Source: an uncultured delta proteobacterium (GTDB lineage Bacteria > Myxococcota_A > Polyangia > Polyangiales > Houyiibacteriaceae). Taken from it: a DNA stretch of 64,000 nt. Of the stretch, positions 46,098 through 58,200 are shown piece after piece. Made by a program: the position numbers and the translations under genes. Where the stretch lies: positions 576,001-640,000 of the forward strand of contig CAVOVB010000003.1 of NCBI GenBank assembly GCA_963699755.1. The letters run 5' to 3'. Numbering within the stretch: the first letter of the stretch is position 1; each line of letters begins with the position of its first letter. The notes under the pieces are model-generated. The model searched no databases. It was not told where the DNA came from and saw only the letters and a program-made list of their open reading frames with translations.

Positions 46098-48128
46098 GTG
46101 AGTGAGTCGAGCCACAATACGTCGGTCGCGTTTTCCGTCTACGACGGAGACGAGTTGCTCAGCACTGAGACGCTGAGCCAAGAGATCATCAAGATCGGTC
46201 GTCTCCAGACGAGCGATGTTCGCCTCGATGACGACAAGGTCAGCCGCATGCATGCGGTCATCGAGGTCACGGGTCCGGGCGAGGTGTTCATCATCGACCT
46301 CGGTTCAGCGTCGGGCACGCTCGTCAATGGCGAGAAGATCAACAAACGCAAGCTGCAGACCGGCGACGAGATTCAAATCGGCAAGAAGCGGCTGCACGTG
46401 GACATCATCACCGGGAGGGTGGCGGTGGCCTCGCGCCCGCCGGTTGCAATGGCCGCCGGCGGCGGGCGTGCAACACCGGTCGTCGACGAACGCGCGATGA
46501 GGACGATGCTCGACGAAGAGTCGGAGCCCAGGGTCAAAGCGGTCGCCAAGAAGGCGAGCGAAGAGCCAGAAGAGTCGGGGCCGAAGTTCAATCCCTTCGA
46601 GGTGGGTGCGAAACGCTTTTCGAAGACACCGTTCGCGAATACCGTCGGCGAAGATGGACCCGAGTTTGGCCTGGTGGCGACCGCGCCCGCGGTTCCGAGC
46701 CACGAAATCGAAACCGACGAGCGCGCGATCGAGGTTTCCATCCTCTGGGGTGACCGCAGCGTCTTGAACGTCGACTACCTGACACCGCCGCGCGATTACT
46801 ATGTGGGCGAGCCTGACGTTGACGAGGTCGACTTCGTGCTCGGTCACGACGCCATCGGCGTCGACCGGATGCCGCTCTGCATCGCAGCCGGCGCGGGCGT
46901 CACGGCGATCGTCCCTTCTGACGCGAAGGGCGAGTTCGCGATTGGCGATAAGACCCGCTCCTTCGACCTGATGCGCGGCCAGGGTGATTTTCAGCCGAGC
47001 TCCACCATGGCGGGGGCCCTGGAGTTCCCGGTACCCGAAGGTGGCACGGTTCGCATGAAGCACCGGAACTTTACCTTCATCATCAAAGACGTGAAGGCCG
47101 GCAAGAAGGTCGCGGGACACGCGAAGATGGACATCCGTCCGATGATCTACGTCGCCGGTGCGGCGCTCTTCGCGAGCCTCGTCTTGACGATGTTCTACTT
47201 CCAGCCGCCGCGTCCGCGAGGGCTTTCTTCGGATCTCTTGGCGACAGATTCGCGCTTGATTCAGTTTCTCATGGAGCCCGAAGAGCTCGAAGAGCCAGAG
47301 CCCGAGTGGCTCAATGGTGATGACTCGCAAGGTGGCGGCACCGGTAAGGCCCACGAGGGCGAGCAAGGTCAGATGGGCGACGAAAAAGCCGAAAAGACCA
47401 AGAACAAGTACGGCATTCAGGGGCCGGAAGACAATCCCGACCCCGTCATGGCTCGTCAGCAGGCCGAAGAAAACGCACGGACTGCAGGCATCATCGGGAC
47501 GCTCGCGTCGATGCAAGGCTCGTTCAATGCACCGACCTCACCTTATGGCGCGGACTTCGCGCTCGGCAATGACCCGACCAGCGCACTCGGCGCGATGACC
47601 GGCAACGACATCGGTCAGAACTTCGGATTCGGTGGCCTCGGTCTTCGAGGCACCGGTCGCGGTGGCGGTGGGCTCGGCCAGGGCACCATCGGAATGGGCA
47701 ACTTCGGCACGATCGGTCGCGGTGGCGGCCGAGGTGACGGCGAGGGCGGCTACGGGAGCGGCGTTGGCGGGTTCCGCGGACGCTCGGCTGGTGTGCCTCA
47801 GGTTCGCAGCGGCGGTGCCGAGGTTCGAGGCTCGCTGTCAAAGGAAGTTATTCGGCGCGTGGTGCGACGTCACATCAACGAGGTGAAGTTCTGCTACGAG
47901 CAGCAGCTCAACGCGCGACCCGATCTGTCCGGTCGTGTGACGACGAAGTTCGTCATCTCGCCCACCGGCTCGGTCCAGTCGGCGATGGTAGGCAGCTCGA
48001 GCTTGCGAAACGAAGCGGTCGAGAGTTGCATCGTGAGCGCGGTTCGAAGGTGGACCTTCCCAGCGCCCGATGGAGGCGGCGTTGTGGTCGTGAACTATCC
48101 CTTCCTGCTCGACGCAGCGGGCCAGTGA
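46098..48128 (+). CDS. gltG: GltG (PglI): FHA domain, TM helix, Gly-rich linker, TonB-C-like domain
   Basis: FHA (KIGR, VSRMHA, DLGSASGTLVNG) and C-terminal IRRVVRRHINEVKFCYE...WTFPAP..VNYPF. Confidence 0.88.
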   Translation: MSESSHNTSVAFSVYDGDELLSTETLSQEIIKIGRLQTSDVRLDDDKVSRMHAVIEVTGPGEVFIIDLGSASGTLVNGEKINKRKLQTGDEIQIGKKRLHVDIITGRVAVASRPPVAMAAGGGRATPVVDERAMRTMLDEESEPRVKAVAKKASEEPEESGPKFNPFEVGAKRFSKTPFANTVGEDGPEFGLVATAPAVPSHEIETDERAIEVSILWGDRSVLNVDYLTPPRDYYVGEPDVDEVDFVLGHDAIGVDRMPLCIAAGAGVTAIVPSDAKGEFAIGDKTRSFDLMRGQGDFQPSSTMAGALEFPVPEGGTVRMKHRNFTFIIKDVKAGKKVAGHAKMDIRPMIYVAGAALFASLVLTMFYFQPPRPRGLSSDLLATDSRLIQFLMEPEELEEPEPEWLNGDDSQGGGTGKAHEGEQGQMGDEKAEKTKNKYGIQGPEDNPDPVMARQQAEENARTAGIIGTLASMQGSFNAPTSPYGADFALGNDPTSALGAMTGNDIGQNFGFGGLGLRGTGRGGGGLGQGTIGMGNFGTIGRGGGRGDGEGGYGSGVGGFRGRSAGVPQVRSGGAEVRGSLSKEVIRRVVRRHINEVKFCYEQQLNARPDLSGRVTTKFVISPTGSVQSAMVGSSSLRNEAVESCIVSAVRRWTFPAPDGGGVVVVNYPFLLDAAGQ

Positions 48129-48337
48129 TCGCCCCGCCAGAGAGCAAAGAAGCGAGATTTCCCGCCGATATCCCTTCTTTCCAGGGCCTGCGCCCACGTA
48201 CAGCGCGGCGCTCCTGGTCTGAAACTGGCCAAAAAGCATGAAACAGCTGAAAAAAGAGCTGTGTTTACGGTTGTTCGCGACCAGACAAATGCTGTAGGAT
48301 TGAAGTGCTTGTGAATTTCCAAGCCTAGGAGGCAAGC

Positions 48338-49207
48338 ATGCGAGCTCAGATGTTCGGGTTTGTGATGGTGGGACTAGTCCTGATGGGCGGCAATTGTTCG
48401 CGCGCTCGCGTCGAGTCGATGAACGAGATGAATGCCGGGGTGGAGCTCGCTCAGATGAAGCGGTTCAACGAAGCCGCGCAGAGCCTCGAGAAGGCGACGG
48501 TCCTCGATCCGACCAACCATCAGGCGTACTTCAATCTCGCAATCGTGCAGATCGAGTTGCGCTCATTCTCCGCAGCCCGCGAAGCGCTCGAGCGAGCCAT
48601 CATCGCGAAACCCGACGCCGCGGGCTACCACGAAAAGCTCGGCACCGTGCTGATCGAGCTCAAGGACTGGAAGGGGGCCCAAGCCGCGCTCACGAAGTCG
48701 CTCGAGCTAGACCCTTCGCTGTTCAAGGCGCACTTCAAGCTCGGGCGCTGCAGCGAGGAGCTCGACGACCCCCAGAATGCGCTCTACCAGTATACGGACG
48801 CGATCAAGACCGGTCCTCGGTTCCTCCCCGCGTACTCCGCGCTTGGCCGGCTCTACGCCGACCTCCGCTACCCGGAGCAGGCCGCTCAAGTCTTGACCGA
48901 AGCGCTCAAAGTGGCGATGCCCGGAACTGAAGAGGAGGCGAACATCCATCACCTCCTAGGCACGGTCTACCAGCAGCAACGCAAGTACGACGAGGCGATT
49001 GCGCAGTTTCAGTCGGCGCTCGGGATCGTCCCGGGGATGAGTGACGCCTTGTTTTCGCTCGGTTGGACCTACGCCCTTCAGGGCAACGACGAGGAAGCGA
49101 AACGCTACCTCGACAAATACGTGATGATGGCGGGTGCAGACGCTCCCGAACACTACCTCAAAGCTGCGCGAGACCGTCTCGCTGAGTTGAGAACCGAATC
49201 GCCGTAG
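48338..49207 (+). CDS. TPR-repeat (lipo)protein
   Basis: SD AGGAGG, hydrophobic N-terminus ending GGNC, several TPRs. Confidence 0.85.
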   Translation: MRAQMFGFVMVGLVLMGGNCSRARVESMNEMNAGVELAQMKRFNEAAQSLEKATVLDPTNHQAYFNLAIVQIELRSFSAAREALERAIIAKPDAAGYHEKLGTVLIELKDWKGAQAALTKSLELDPSLFKAHFKLGRCSEELDDPQNALYQYTDAIKTGPRFLPAYSALGRLYADLRYPEQAAQVLTEALKVAMPGTEEEANIHHLLGTVYQQQRKYDEAIAQFQSALGIVPGMSDALFSLGWTYALQGNDEEAKRYLDKYVMMAGADAPEHYLKAARDRLAELRTESP

Positions 49208-49222
49208 GGGGGCTTAGGCAAG

Positions 49223-52200
49223 ATGTCGGAAGAACAATCGGGGGATGAAGTCCGCGAGCTGACAGCGGCCGAAGAGGCCGAGCTCGAAAAGCTCGACGAC
49301 GCGATCGCGAAGTTCGAGGAACAGAAGCGTTGGTCGGACATGATCCGGTCCATTCTGAAGAAGGCGGAGCTGGTCCAAGCGCCGGCGCAGAAGGCTGAGC
49401 TCTTCCGCCAGGGGGGGGCACTCTATCTCGAACGATCGAGCAACCAGGCCGAGGCGATCAAGTGCTTCGAGCAGGTACTAGAGCTCGAGCCGCAGGACAG
49501 CGATGCGATCGAGCGTCTCAAGGCAATGTACGAGAAGCGCCGCGATTGGGAGAAGCTCATTCGGACCATGCAGCGAGAGGTCGAGCTTCTCTCCGAAGAC
49601 GACCAGCTGCTTCGCTATAGCGAGATGGCCGATCTCGCGACCCAACGCCTACGCAAGCCAGAAGTCTGTATAGAGCTCTGGCAGAAGGTGCTCGAGAACG
49701 ACCCGGAGAACCCGAATGCACTGAACAATCTCGCGCAGCTCTATGAACGCGCGCGCGAATGGGAGCCGCTCGCCGAGGTTTTAGAAACCCTGGTGGACAG
49801 CGAGACGGACGTCGCCTCGATGAAGCAGCAGCTCCAAAAGCTCGGGATGATTTACGCCGACAAGATCGGCAACGACGAGGGAGCCATCGGCGCCTTCAAG
49901 AAGCTGCTCGACCTCGATCCATCCGATCGCCGTGCGCAGGAACAGCTCAAGCGACGCTACGTTTCACTCGGCGCCTGGGACGAGTTAGAGACCTTCTACG
50001 CGGCCAACGAGAAGTGGGACGAGCTGATTCGCATCGTCGAACGGCAGGCCGAAGCCGAGGAGACCAGCGCCGAGGAGCGCATTCCGCTCCTGTTTAGGGC
50101 AGCACGGCTCTGGGAAGACAAAAAGGGCAAAGCCGATCGGGCCGCCCGCGTGTACGAGAAGATCCTCGCCGCAGACCCGGACAACGTTCAAGCTGCCGAG
50201 GCGCTGACGCCGATCTACCAAGAGGCGCACGACGCGCGGAAACTGGTTTCGGTTCTCGAAGTGCGCTTTGCGCATGCCGAGAGCGGCGAGTCGAAGATCG
50301 AGCTTCTCCGCCAGATCGGACACGTGTTTGAAGAGCGCCTGAGGCAGCCCGAAGTGGCGTTCGAACGCTACCTCGAAGCGTTCTCGCTTGCACCGACGCA
50401 CGACGAGGCGCGTGTCGACGTCGAGCGTCTGGCCGAACAGATGAGCGGCTGGGACCGATTAGTGTCCGGTTTCGAGTCGGCGATCGACGCGGTGTCCGAT
50501 CCGCATCAAGCCGTTCCGATTCGACTGAGCTACGGGCAAACTTTGACTCAGCTCAATCGAATCGACGAGGCCATCGACCAGTACGAGCTCGTCTATGGGG
50601 CCGAGAGTGACAATCTCGATGCGATCGGCGCGCTCTCGGACTTGTACGTTCGAACCGAGCGATTCCGTGATCTGCTGGACATCTATGGCCGCCAGATCGA
50701 GCTGGAAGAGGATCCGGATGCCCGGCTGGAAATCACGTATCGCCGCGCGCGGCTATATGCGGAGGCGCTGAACGATCGTGACAAGGCGATCGATGCTTTC
50801 GAGGGCATCATCGACGAGTACGGCGTCGAGCAAAGCGACGCCTCTCGGGAGCTCGAGCAGCTCTACGAGGCAGAGTCGCGCTGGCAGGACCAAGCGCAGC
50901 TCCTCGAGCGCTGCATCGAAGCCGGACCGGAGACTCAGGAAGAGCTGGCGGCGCTCACGTTCCGACTAGGCCGCGTTTGCGAGTCAAAGCTGGACGACAA
51001 GGCGCGCTCGGTGGATCTCTATCGCGAGGTGCTCTCGCTCCTCGCAGAGCACGAGGGCGCGAAGGGCAGGCTCGAGCAACTGCTCGATGACCCGGAAGTG
51101 GCCGCGGAGGCTTCGCGCGTTCTCGAGCCCGTCTACGAAATGAGCGAGGACTGGGGGCCGTACGTCCACGCGCTTCGGGTTCAGCACGGATTCAGCAGCG
51201 TGCCTCGCGAAAGGTTGCAGCTGCTGACGCGTGTCGCCGACACGTACTTCCAGCACATCGGCGATTCAGATCGGGGGTTTGCCTCGCTCTGCGAAGCGTT
51301 CCGCGAGGTGCCATCGGACACGGCAACCCTGCAGCGACTCGAGATGCTCGCGAGCGAGCACGACTCCTTCGAGTCTGTCGCAAAGCTCACCGGCGATCTC
51401 GCAGCCACCGTGGAAGACCCTTCTCTGAGTCGGTCGCTTTGGATCAAGACGGCGCAGATTCACGATTCGCAGCTCGAGAACCAGGAAGCGGCCGTTTCGG
51501 CGTATCGCAAAGTCCTCGAGGCCGACCCCGGGGACTTTGAAGTTCTCGACCTGCTGGATGCGGTCTACCGAGGCGCCCAGCGATGGCCTGAGCTCGTTGG
51601 CGTTCTCCGCGCCCGCGCCGAGGCACATGTGGACCCCGATGAAAAGATTGCAGTGCTCGCCGAGATGTCGCGCATTCACGCAGACCTTCTCGAGGAGACC
51701 GACCAGGCGATTACGCTACAGAACGAAATCCTGGAGCTGGATCCGAGTAGCCGAGATGCCTTGAGTGCGCTCGACGGATTGCTTGCGCGACAAGGTCTTT
51801 GGAGCGACCTCGCCGACAACGTCGAGCGTCAGCTCTCCACGACCGATGACCAGGGCGAACAGACGGCGCTTCTCCTTCGCCTCGCGGAAATACGTGAAGA
51901 GCGAATGGGCTCGACCGAATCCGCTATCGAGATCTACCGTGACGTGCTCGCCAACGACGCCAGCAATCCAGCCGCACTGGGCGCGCTAGAGCGCCTGCTC
52001 GAGTCCTCGGAGCACCAGGCGACGGTCGCCGACATCCTCGAACCCATCTACAAGGACGGCGGGGCATCCGCCCGGCTCGTCGAGGTCTACGAGATTCAAG
52101 CGCACCATGCGATCGCCCCAGAGCGACGCATCGAGCTCTTCCACGAGATCGCCAAGCTCAAGGAGTTTTCTCTGAGCGACTTGCACGGGGCTTTCGAGAG

Positions 52201-55200
52201 CTACGCGCGAGCGTTTCGCGAGGACGCGGGAGAGCCGAAGAGCCGAGCCGAGCTCGAGCGCCTCAGCGTGGCCATAGGCGCGTCTGACGCTCTAGCCGGC
52301 GTCTACGAAGAGGCCATCGCGTGTTCGGAGGACCGGGAGCTCGCAGTTGGGCTATTGCTCAGGGCCGCCGAGATCCGCGAAGAAGACCTCGGTCAGATCG
52401 ACCGTGCGATCGAGCACTACGAGAAGGTGCTCGAGCTCGACGAGGAGCATCGGCAATCGGCAGACGCGCTGGAGCGTATGTTTCAGCAAGCCGAGCGCTA
52501 CGAAGACCTGGCCGCGATCTACCGCCGCAAGGCCCAGATGCTGCCGTCGCCGACGGACAAACGAGAGCAGCTCGTGAAGGCCGCAGCGATCTACGAGGAT
52601 ATCCTCGAGCGGCCCATGGACGCGATCGCGGCGCACCAGGAGGTGCTCGAAGTCGACCCCGGCGACCTCCAGTCGCTCGACCGATTGATCGAGCTTCAGA
52701 CGCAGCTCGGCAAATGGACCTCCCTGCTCGAGACCTACGAGCGCAAGGCCGAGGTCGTCTCCGACCCCGATGCTCGAAAAGAGCTCTTCCTGGCGACCGG
52801 CCAGGTCTACGCGGGGCAGCTCGAGGATTTCGAGCAGGCGATCGACGCTTACCAGCGGGTCCTCGAAATCGATCCCGACGATCTTCGGGCTCTCTCTCAA
52901 CTCGATGGCTTGTACGAAAGCACAGCACAGTGGCGAGACCTGCTGCAGGTGCTCGAACGTCAGTCCGAGCTCACGGCAGACGAGGATGCGCGTAACGAGC
53001 TCCGCTTCCGCATCGGCGAGCTCTGGCGAACCCAGCTCGAGGACCCGACCCAGGCGATCGAGATCTATCGAGACATTCTGGCTGACACACCGGTCCATCA
53101 GCCGACGCTCGATGCGCTGACCGCGATGACCAAGGACGCGGTCGCGCCCTTGGCCGCGGCCGAGGCGCTCGAGCAGGTCTACCTCCAGGTCGGTGAATTC
53201 CGCAAGCTGGCCGAGGTCCGCGAGGCACAGATTCGGTTCACCGAAGACCCTTCGGAGCGGGTCGAAATGCTCCAGCAGCTGGCGGAGATCTACGAGCTTC
53301 AGCTCGACGATCCGCCCTCGGCATTCAACGCCTTCGTCCGTGCGCTTCCGCTCGACAACGGGAACGAGCTGACGCTTTCCTCGCTGGAGCGCCTCGCCGA
53401 GCAGACGAGCAGCTGGCATGAAGCGGCTTCACGTTATGATGCCGAAGTGCAGAAGATGAAAGATGAATTCCCGGAAGACGTCGTGCACCTCGCTAAGCGC
53501 TCGGCCGTGATCAACGAGGTGCAGTTGGACGATGTCGATGCCGCGATTTCCCGCTACCAGTTCGTCGTCGACATCGACCCTTCGGACGTGGCCGCCATCG
53601 AGGCCCTCGACCGGCTCTACGAGCAAACCGAGCGCTGGGACGAGCTTGCCGCGACGCTTCAAAAGGAAGCTGCGGTCGCCACGACGCCAGACGAAATCCT
53701 GAATCTGCAGTTCCGGACCGGGCAGGTTTACCAAAACCGACTGGGCAACATGGATTCTGCGATCGAGCAGTACCGGGACATCATCGCCGCCGCACCGGAG
53801 TATTCACCAGCCGTGTCGGCACTGGAGGACCTGTTCTCCCGCGGCGTCCAGCCCATGGCCATCGGCGAAGTGCTCGAGCCGCTTTACCGGATGCAGGGCA
53901 ACTGGGATCAGCTTCTCAACGTGCAAGCGGTGCAGGTGGAGCACCAGAGCGATCCGATCGAGCGTGTCATCATGATGCACCGGCTCGCAGAGATCGCCGA
54001 GAACAAGGCCGATGACCACGCGCGCGCATTCGAGTGGATGCAGAAGGCGCTACTCGAAGACCCGAGTCACGACCATTCGCTCGGAGAGGCTGAGCGCCTT
54101 TCGGCGATCGTCGATGGCTGGACCCAGCTGGCCACCACCTACGCCAACGGCATTGAGCACACCGGCGATCCGTTGAGCAAGGCGGAGCTCGGACGCCGTC
54201 TTGCCAAGGTGTACGAGAATCAGCTCCATGACACGGAGCGCGCCGAAGAGACCTACCGATTCGTGCTCGGCGTCGATGATCACGACGAAAAAGCCCTCGT
54301 GGCGCTCGATCGAATCTACTCTGAGCACGGAGCCTATCGAGCGCTCGCCCAGGTGCTTCGCAAGCGAATCGAAGGATCGAACAACGGTTCGGAGCTCCTC
54401 GACCTGCACTTCCGCTTGGGCACGGTCCTCGAGCAGCGACTCGGCTGCACGGAGGATGCCATCGAGGTCTTCAACAAGCTGCTCGACGATCACGACTCAG
54501 AGCATGCCGACGCGATTCGCGCTCTTCAGGGCATCTACGCCAACCTCGAACGTTGGCCCGAGCTTTTCGCCACCTTCGAAAAGGAGCTCAGCATTGCGCT
54601 TGGGGACTTGCAGCAGGCCGACATCTTTGCACGCATGGCTAAGCTCTGTTCAAACCGGCTCGGCGATGCGGAGAGGGCCATCGGCCTCTGGCAGCGAGTT
54701 CTCGACCTGCGCGGTGAAGATCCCGAAGCACTCAACGCCCTCGGCGACATCTACGCCGCTCAGGGCAACTGGCGCGACCTCGTCGACGTCCTCGAACGCG
54801 AGGCAGGGGTCGCCGACGACGACAGCTTCCGTATTCAGGTGTACTCCGACCTCGCGAGGGTCTGGCACGAGAAGCTCGGGCGCGAGCGTAACGCGATCGA
54901 GAATTGGGAGCGGGTCCTCGATATCGACGAGGGCAACACCTATGCGTTGTTCAGCATCGCAGAAATCCACAGGGAGAGCGGCCAGTCGCGTGAGCGTGCA
55001 GACACTTTGCAGCGGATCATCGACGTCGGCGCCGCGACTCTCGAAGACGCCGATCTCGTCACTGTTTACATGCAGCTCGGTCACATCTACGGCAGCGAGC
55101 TCCAGCAGCCGAGCGATGCCGTGGACGCGTATCGCAACGTACTGACGATCGATCCAGCCTTCTTCGAGGCCCTCGACGCGCTCGAGCTCATTCATCGGCA

Positions 55201-58200
55201 AGAGGGCGACTGGGAAGCCGCGATCGACGTGATGGAGCAGCGGGCGCAGGTGCTCGTCGAACCGCACGACAAGATTCGCCAGCTCATCGCGGTCACCGAG
55301 CTCTGGGAAGCCGAGGTCGGCCGCAAGGACGGCGGAGCGGGCGCCTTCGGCCGCATCCTGGAAATCGACCCGATGCACCAGTACGCGTTCTCCGAGCTGC
55401 AGTCGCTACACAAGGAGGCGGAGCGCTGGGACGAGCTGATCGACCTCTACGTCACCCGCATCGAAGCTACCGAGGATCGCGACGAGCGCATCGAGCTCTT
55501 GCGTGCGGCTGCACGGGTCTACGAGGAGAAGCTCGATGACCTCGAGCAGGCGTACCACACGCTCTACATCGCCTGGACGGAAGATTTTTCGAACACGAAC
55601 ACAGCGGTCGACCTGGAACGCGTCACCGCTGCGAGTGACCGTTGGAACGAGCTTCTGACCTCGGCGAATGCGGTCTTGCAGGAGGGGCAGGAGCCCGCCA
55701 CGCAAATCGCCATCTGTCTGTGTTGCGCCAAGTGGTACGGGCAGGAGCTCGGACACCCCGAGTACGCGATTCCGTATTACGAGCAGATTCGTGCGCTCGA
55801 TCCGAGCAACGCCAAGGCATGGTGGCAGCTTGGTGACCTCTACGAGACGACTCAGCAATGGGATAAGCTCGCCCAGGCGCTCGCCAAGCTCGTCGAGCTC
55901 ACCAACGACGACGAGGTCAAGGCGAACACCTACGTCCGAATGGGTGACCTGGCCGATGACCGCTTCGCGATGCGACAAGAGGCGGAGGACTACTATCGCC
56001 GGGCGCTGCACCTCCAAGAACGTCACGTCGGAGCCCTCGAAGCGCTGGAGCGCATCTATCGCGAAGAGGGACGCTCGAACAAGCTGCTCAACATCCTCGA
56101 GCGCAAGGCGGAGGCCGTCGAGGACGTCGACAGCATCGTCTCCGCGCTCTTGCAGGTCGCCGAGGCCTACGAAGAGCGATTCGACGACCGGAGGGCAGCG
56201 ATCGAGAACTATGAAAAGGCGTCCGAGCTCTCGCCTTCGGACCTCAGCGCGCTTCGAGGTCTTAGGCGCTTGTACGCTCAGGAGGGCCGCTACAAGGAGT
56301 TGATCGGAATCCTCGAGCGAGAGTACGAGGTCGTCGCGACCGAGCGCGAGCGCATCGAGATCCTGATGCGACTGGCCGACATGTGGCAGCAAGAGTTCCG
56401 CAAGCCCGACAACGCGGCAGATCGCCTGGAGCAGATCCTCGACATTGACCCGCTGCACGACGAAGCCCTTTGCCGGCTCGAGGAGCTCTATCGAGCGATG
56501 CAGCGCTGGGACGACTTGGTGCGCACCTATGACCGTCACGCGAGCGCGACGACCGATACCGAGCAGCGGGTTCGCATCTTCCGCGACCTCGGGCAGGTGT
56601 ACGCCTCGCACAAAGACGACGTCGAGATGGCGATCGACAGCTATCTCAACGCCCTCAATCTCGATGAGCAGGACCTCGTCAGCCTCCGAGCGCTGACGAA
56701 GCTCTTCGAGCGCAAGGCAGACTACGCCGCGGCGCTCGACACGATGGGCCAGCTCGTGGGGGTCGTGCCGGAGCCCGCCGAACAGGTTGCGCTCAAGCAC
56801 CGCATGGGCCGGATTCTCGACCAGGAGCTCGGCGACCGGGTCGCGGCGCTCGAGCAATTCCAGGCGGCGGTCGACCTCGACCCTGCACACCTGGCGTCGC
56901 TCGAAGCGATGCGAGGCATTCACGTCGACTCCGGCGACTGGATCGCGGCCGCAAAGACCTTGGGCCTGGAGATCGAGCACACCGAAAAGGACCGCATCCG
57001 GGCCGCGCGACTCATCGAGCTGGGCCGCATTCGGGCCGATCGGCTCGATGACGAGCCGGGCGCCGTGCAGGCTTTCGAAGCTGCGATGGCGGCCGATCCG
57101 GATAACGAGGACGCCCTGCTGCCGCTGGTCGATTTCTACGTGGCCCAGGAGCGTCACGAAGACGCATTCCCGCTGCTTCAAACGCTGGTGCAGCGCTGCG
57201 ACAAGTGCGACGACCACGAGAAGCATCGCCTGGCATCGACGCTCGGCGAAACCGCAACCAAGCTCGGCAACGCCGATGAGGCCGTCCGGGCGTATGAGCG
57301 GGCGTACCAGCTCGACAGCAACGATCCGGTCACGCTCAAGGGGCTGGCGGGCGCTTACTTTCAAGCGGAGCGCTGGGACGACGCGTTTAAGTACCACCAG
57401 TTGATTCTGGTCCAGCAGCGCGACGCGCTCGGCCGCGACGAGATCACGGAAGTCTTCTATCGGCTGGGCGTCATCAAGCGAGAGCAGGGCGAAGACAAGA
57501 AGGCGCGCAACATGTTCGACAAGGCGCTCGAGGAGGACACGCACTACGTGCCCGCACTCGAGGCGATGGTCGAGCTGCAAGCCGCCGAGGGCGACTGGGA
57601 TTCGGTGGTTCAGTACAAGAAGCGCATCCTCGATGTGGCCGACGATCCATCGGTGCGCGCGGCGCTCTTCGTCGAGGTCGGTGACCTCTGGCAGGAGAAG
57701 CTCGGGGATTCGGACGCGGCCGCAGAGGCGTACACCGAGTCGCTCGATGCCGAACCAGAGAACCACGTGGTGCTTCACAAGCTCTTAGTGGCCTATCAGG
57801 GTGCCGAGCGTTGGTCGGAGGCCATCGACGTGATCGAGCGCGTGGCTGAGATTGAGGAGCGCGACGAGGCCAAGGCCAAGTACATGTACACAATCGGCGT
57901 CATCCTCCGCGACAAGCTCGAGGACGAGGATGCGGCGCTCGAGCGCTTCAACGAGGCGCTCGACCTCGACAGCCAGCAGCTCAAGCCCTTCGAGGCGATC
58001 AACAAGCTGCTCAATCAGCGCAAAGACTGGAAGGCGCTCGAGCGGGCGTACCGGAAGATGCTTCACCGCATCATCAACGAGGGCAACACCGATCTCGAGC
58101 ACAACCTCTGGCACACGCTCGGCATCATCTACCGCGATCGTCAGCGTAACTTCGATGCTGCCGCGGAGTCATTCAGAATGGCCGCGGGGCTCAAGCCCGA

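Noticed and set aside
55406..57778. 790-aa minus-strand ORF
   Set aside because: Antisense shadow of gltI with no recognisable motifs.
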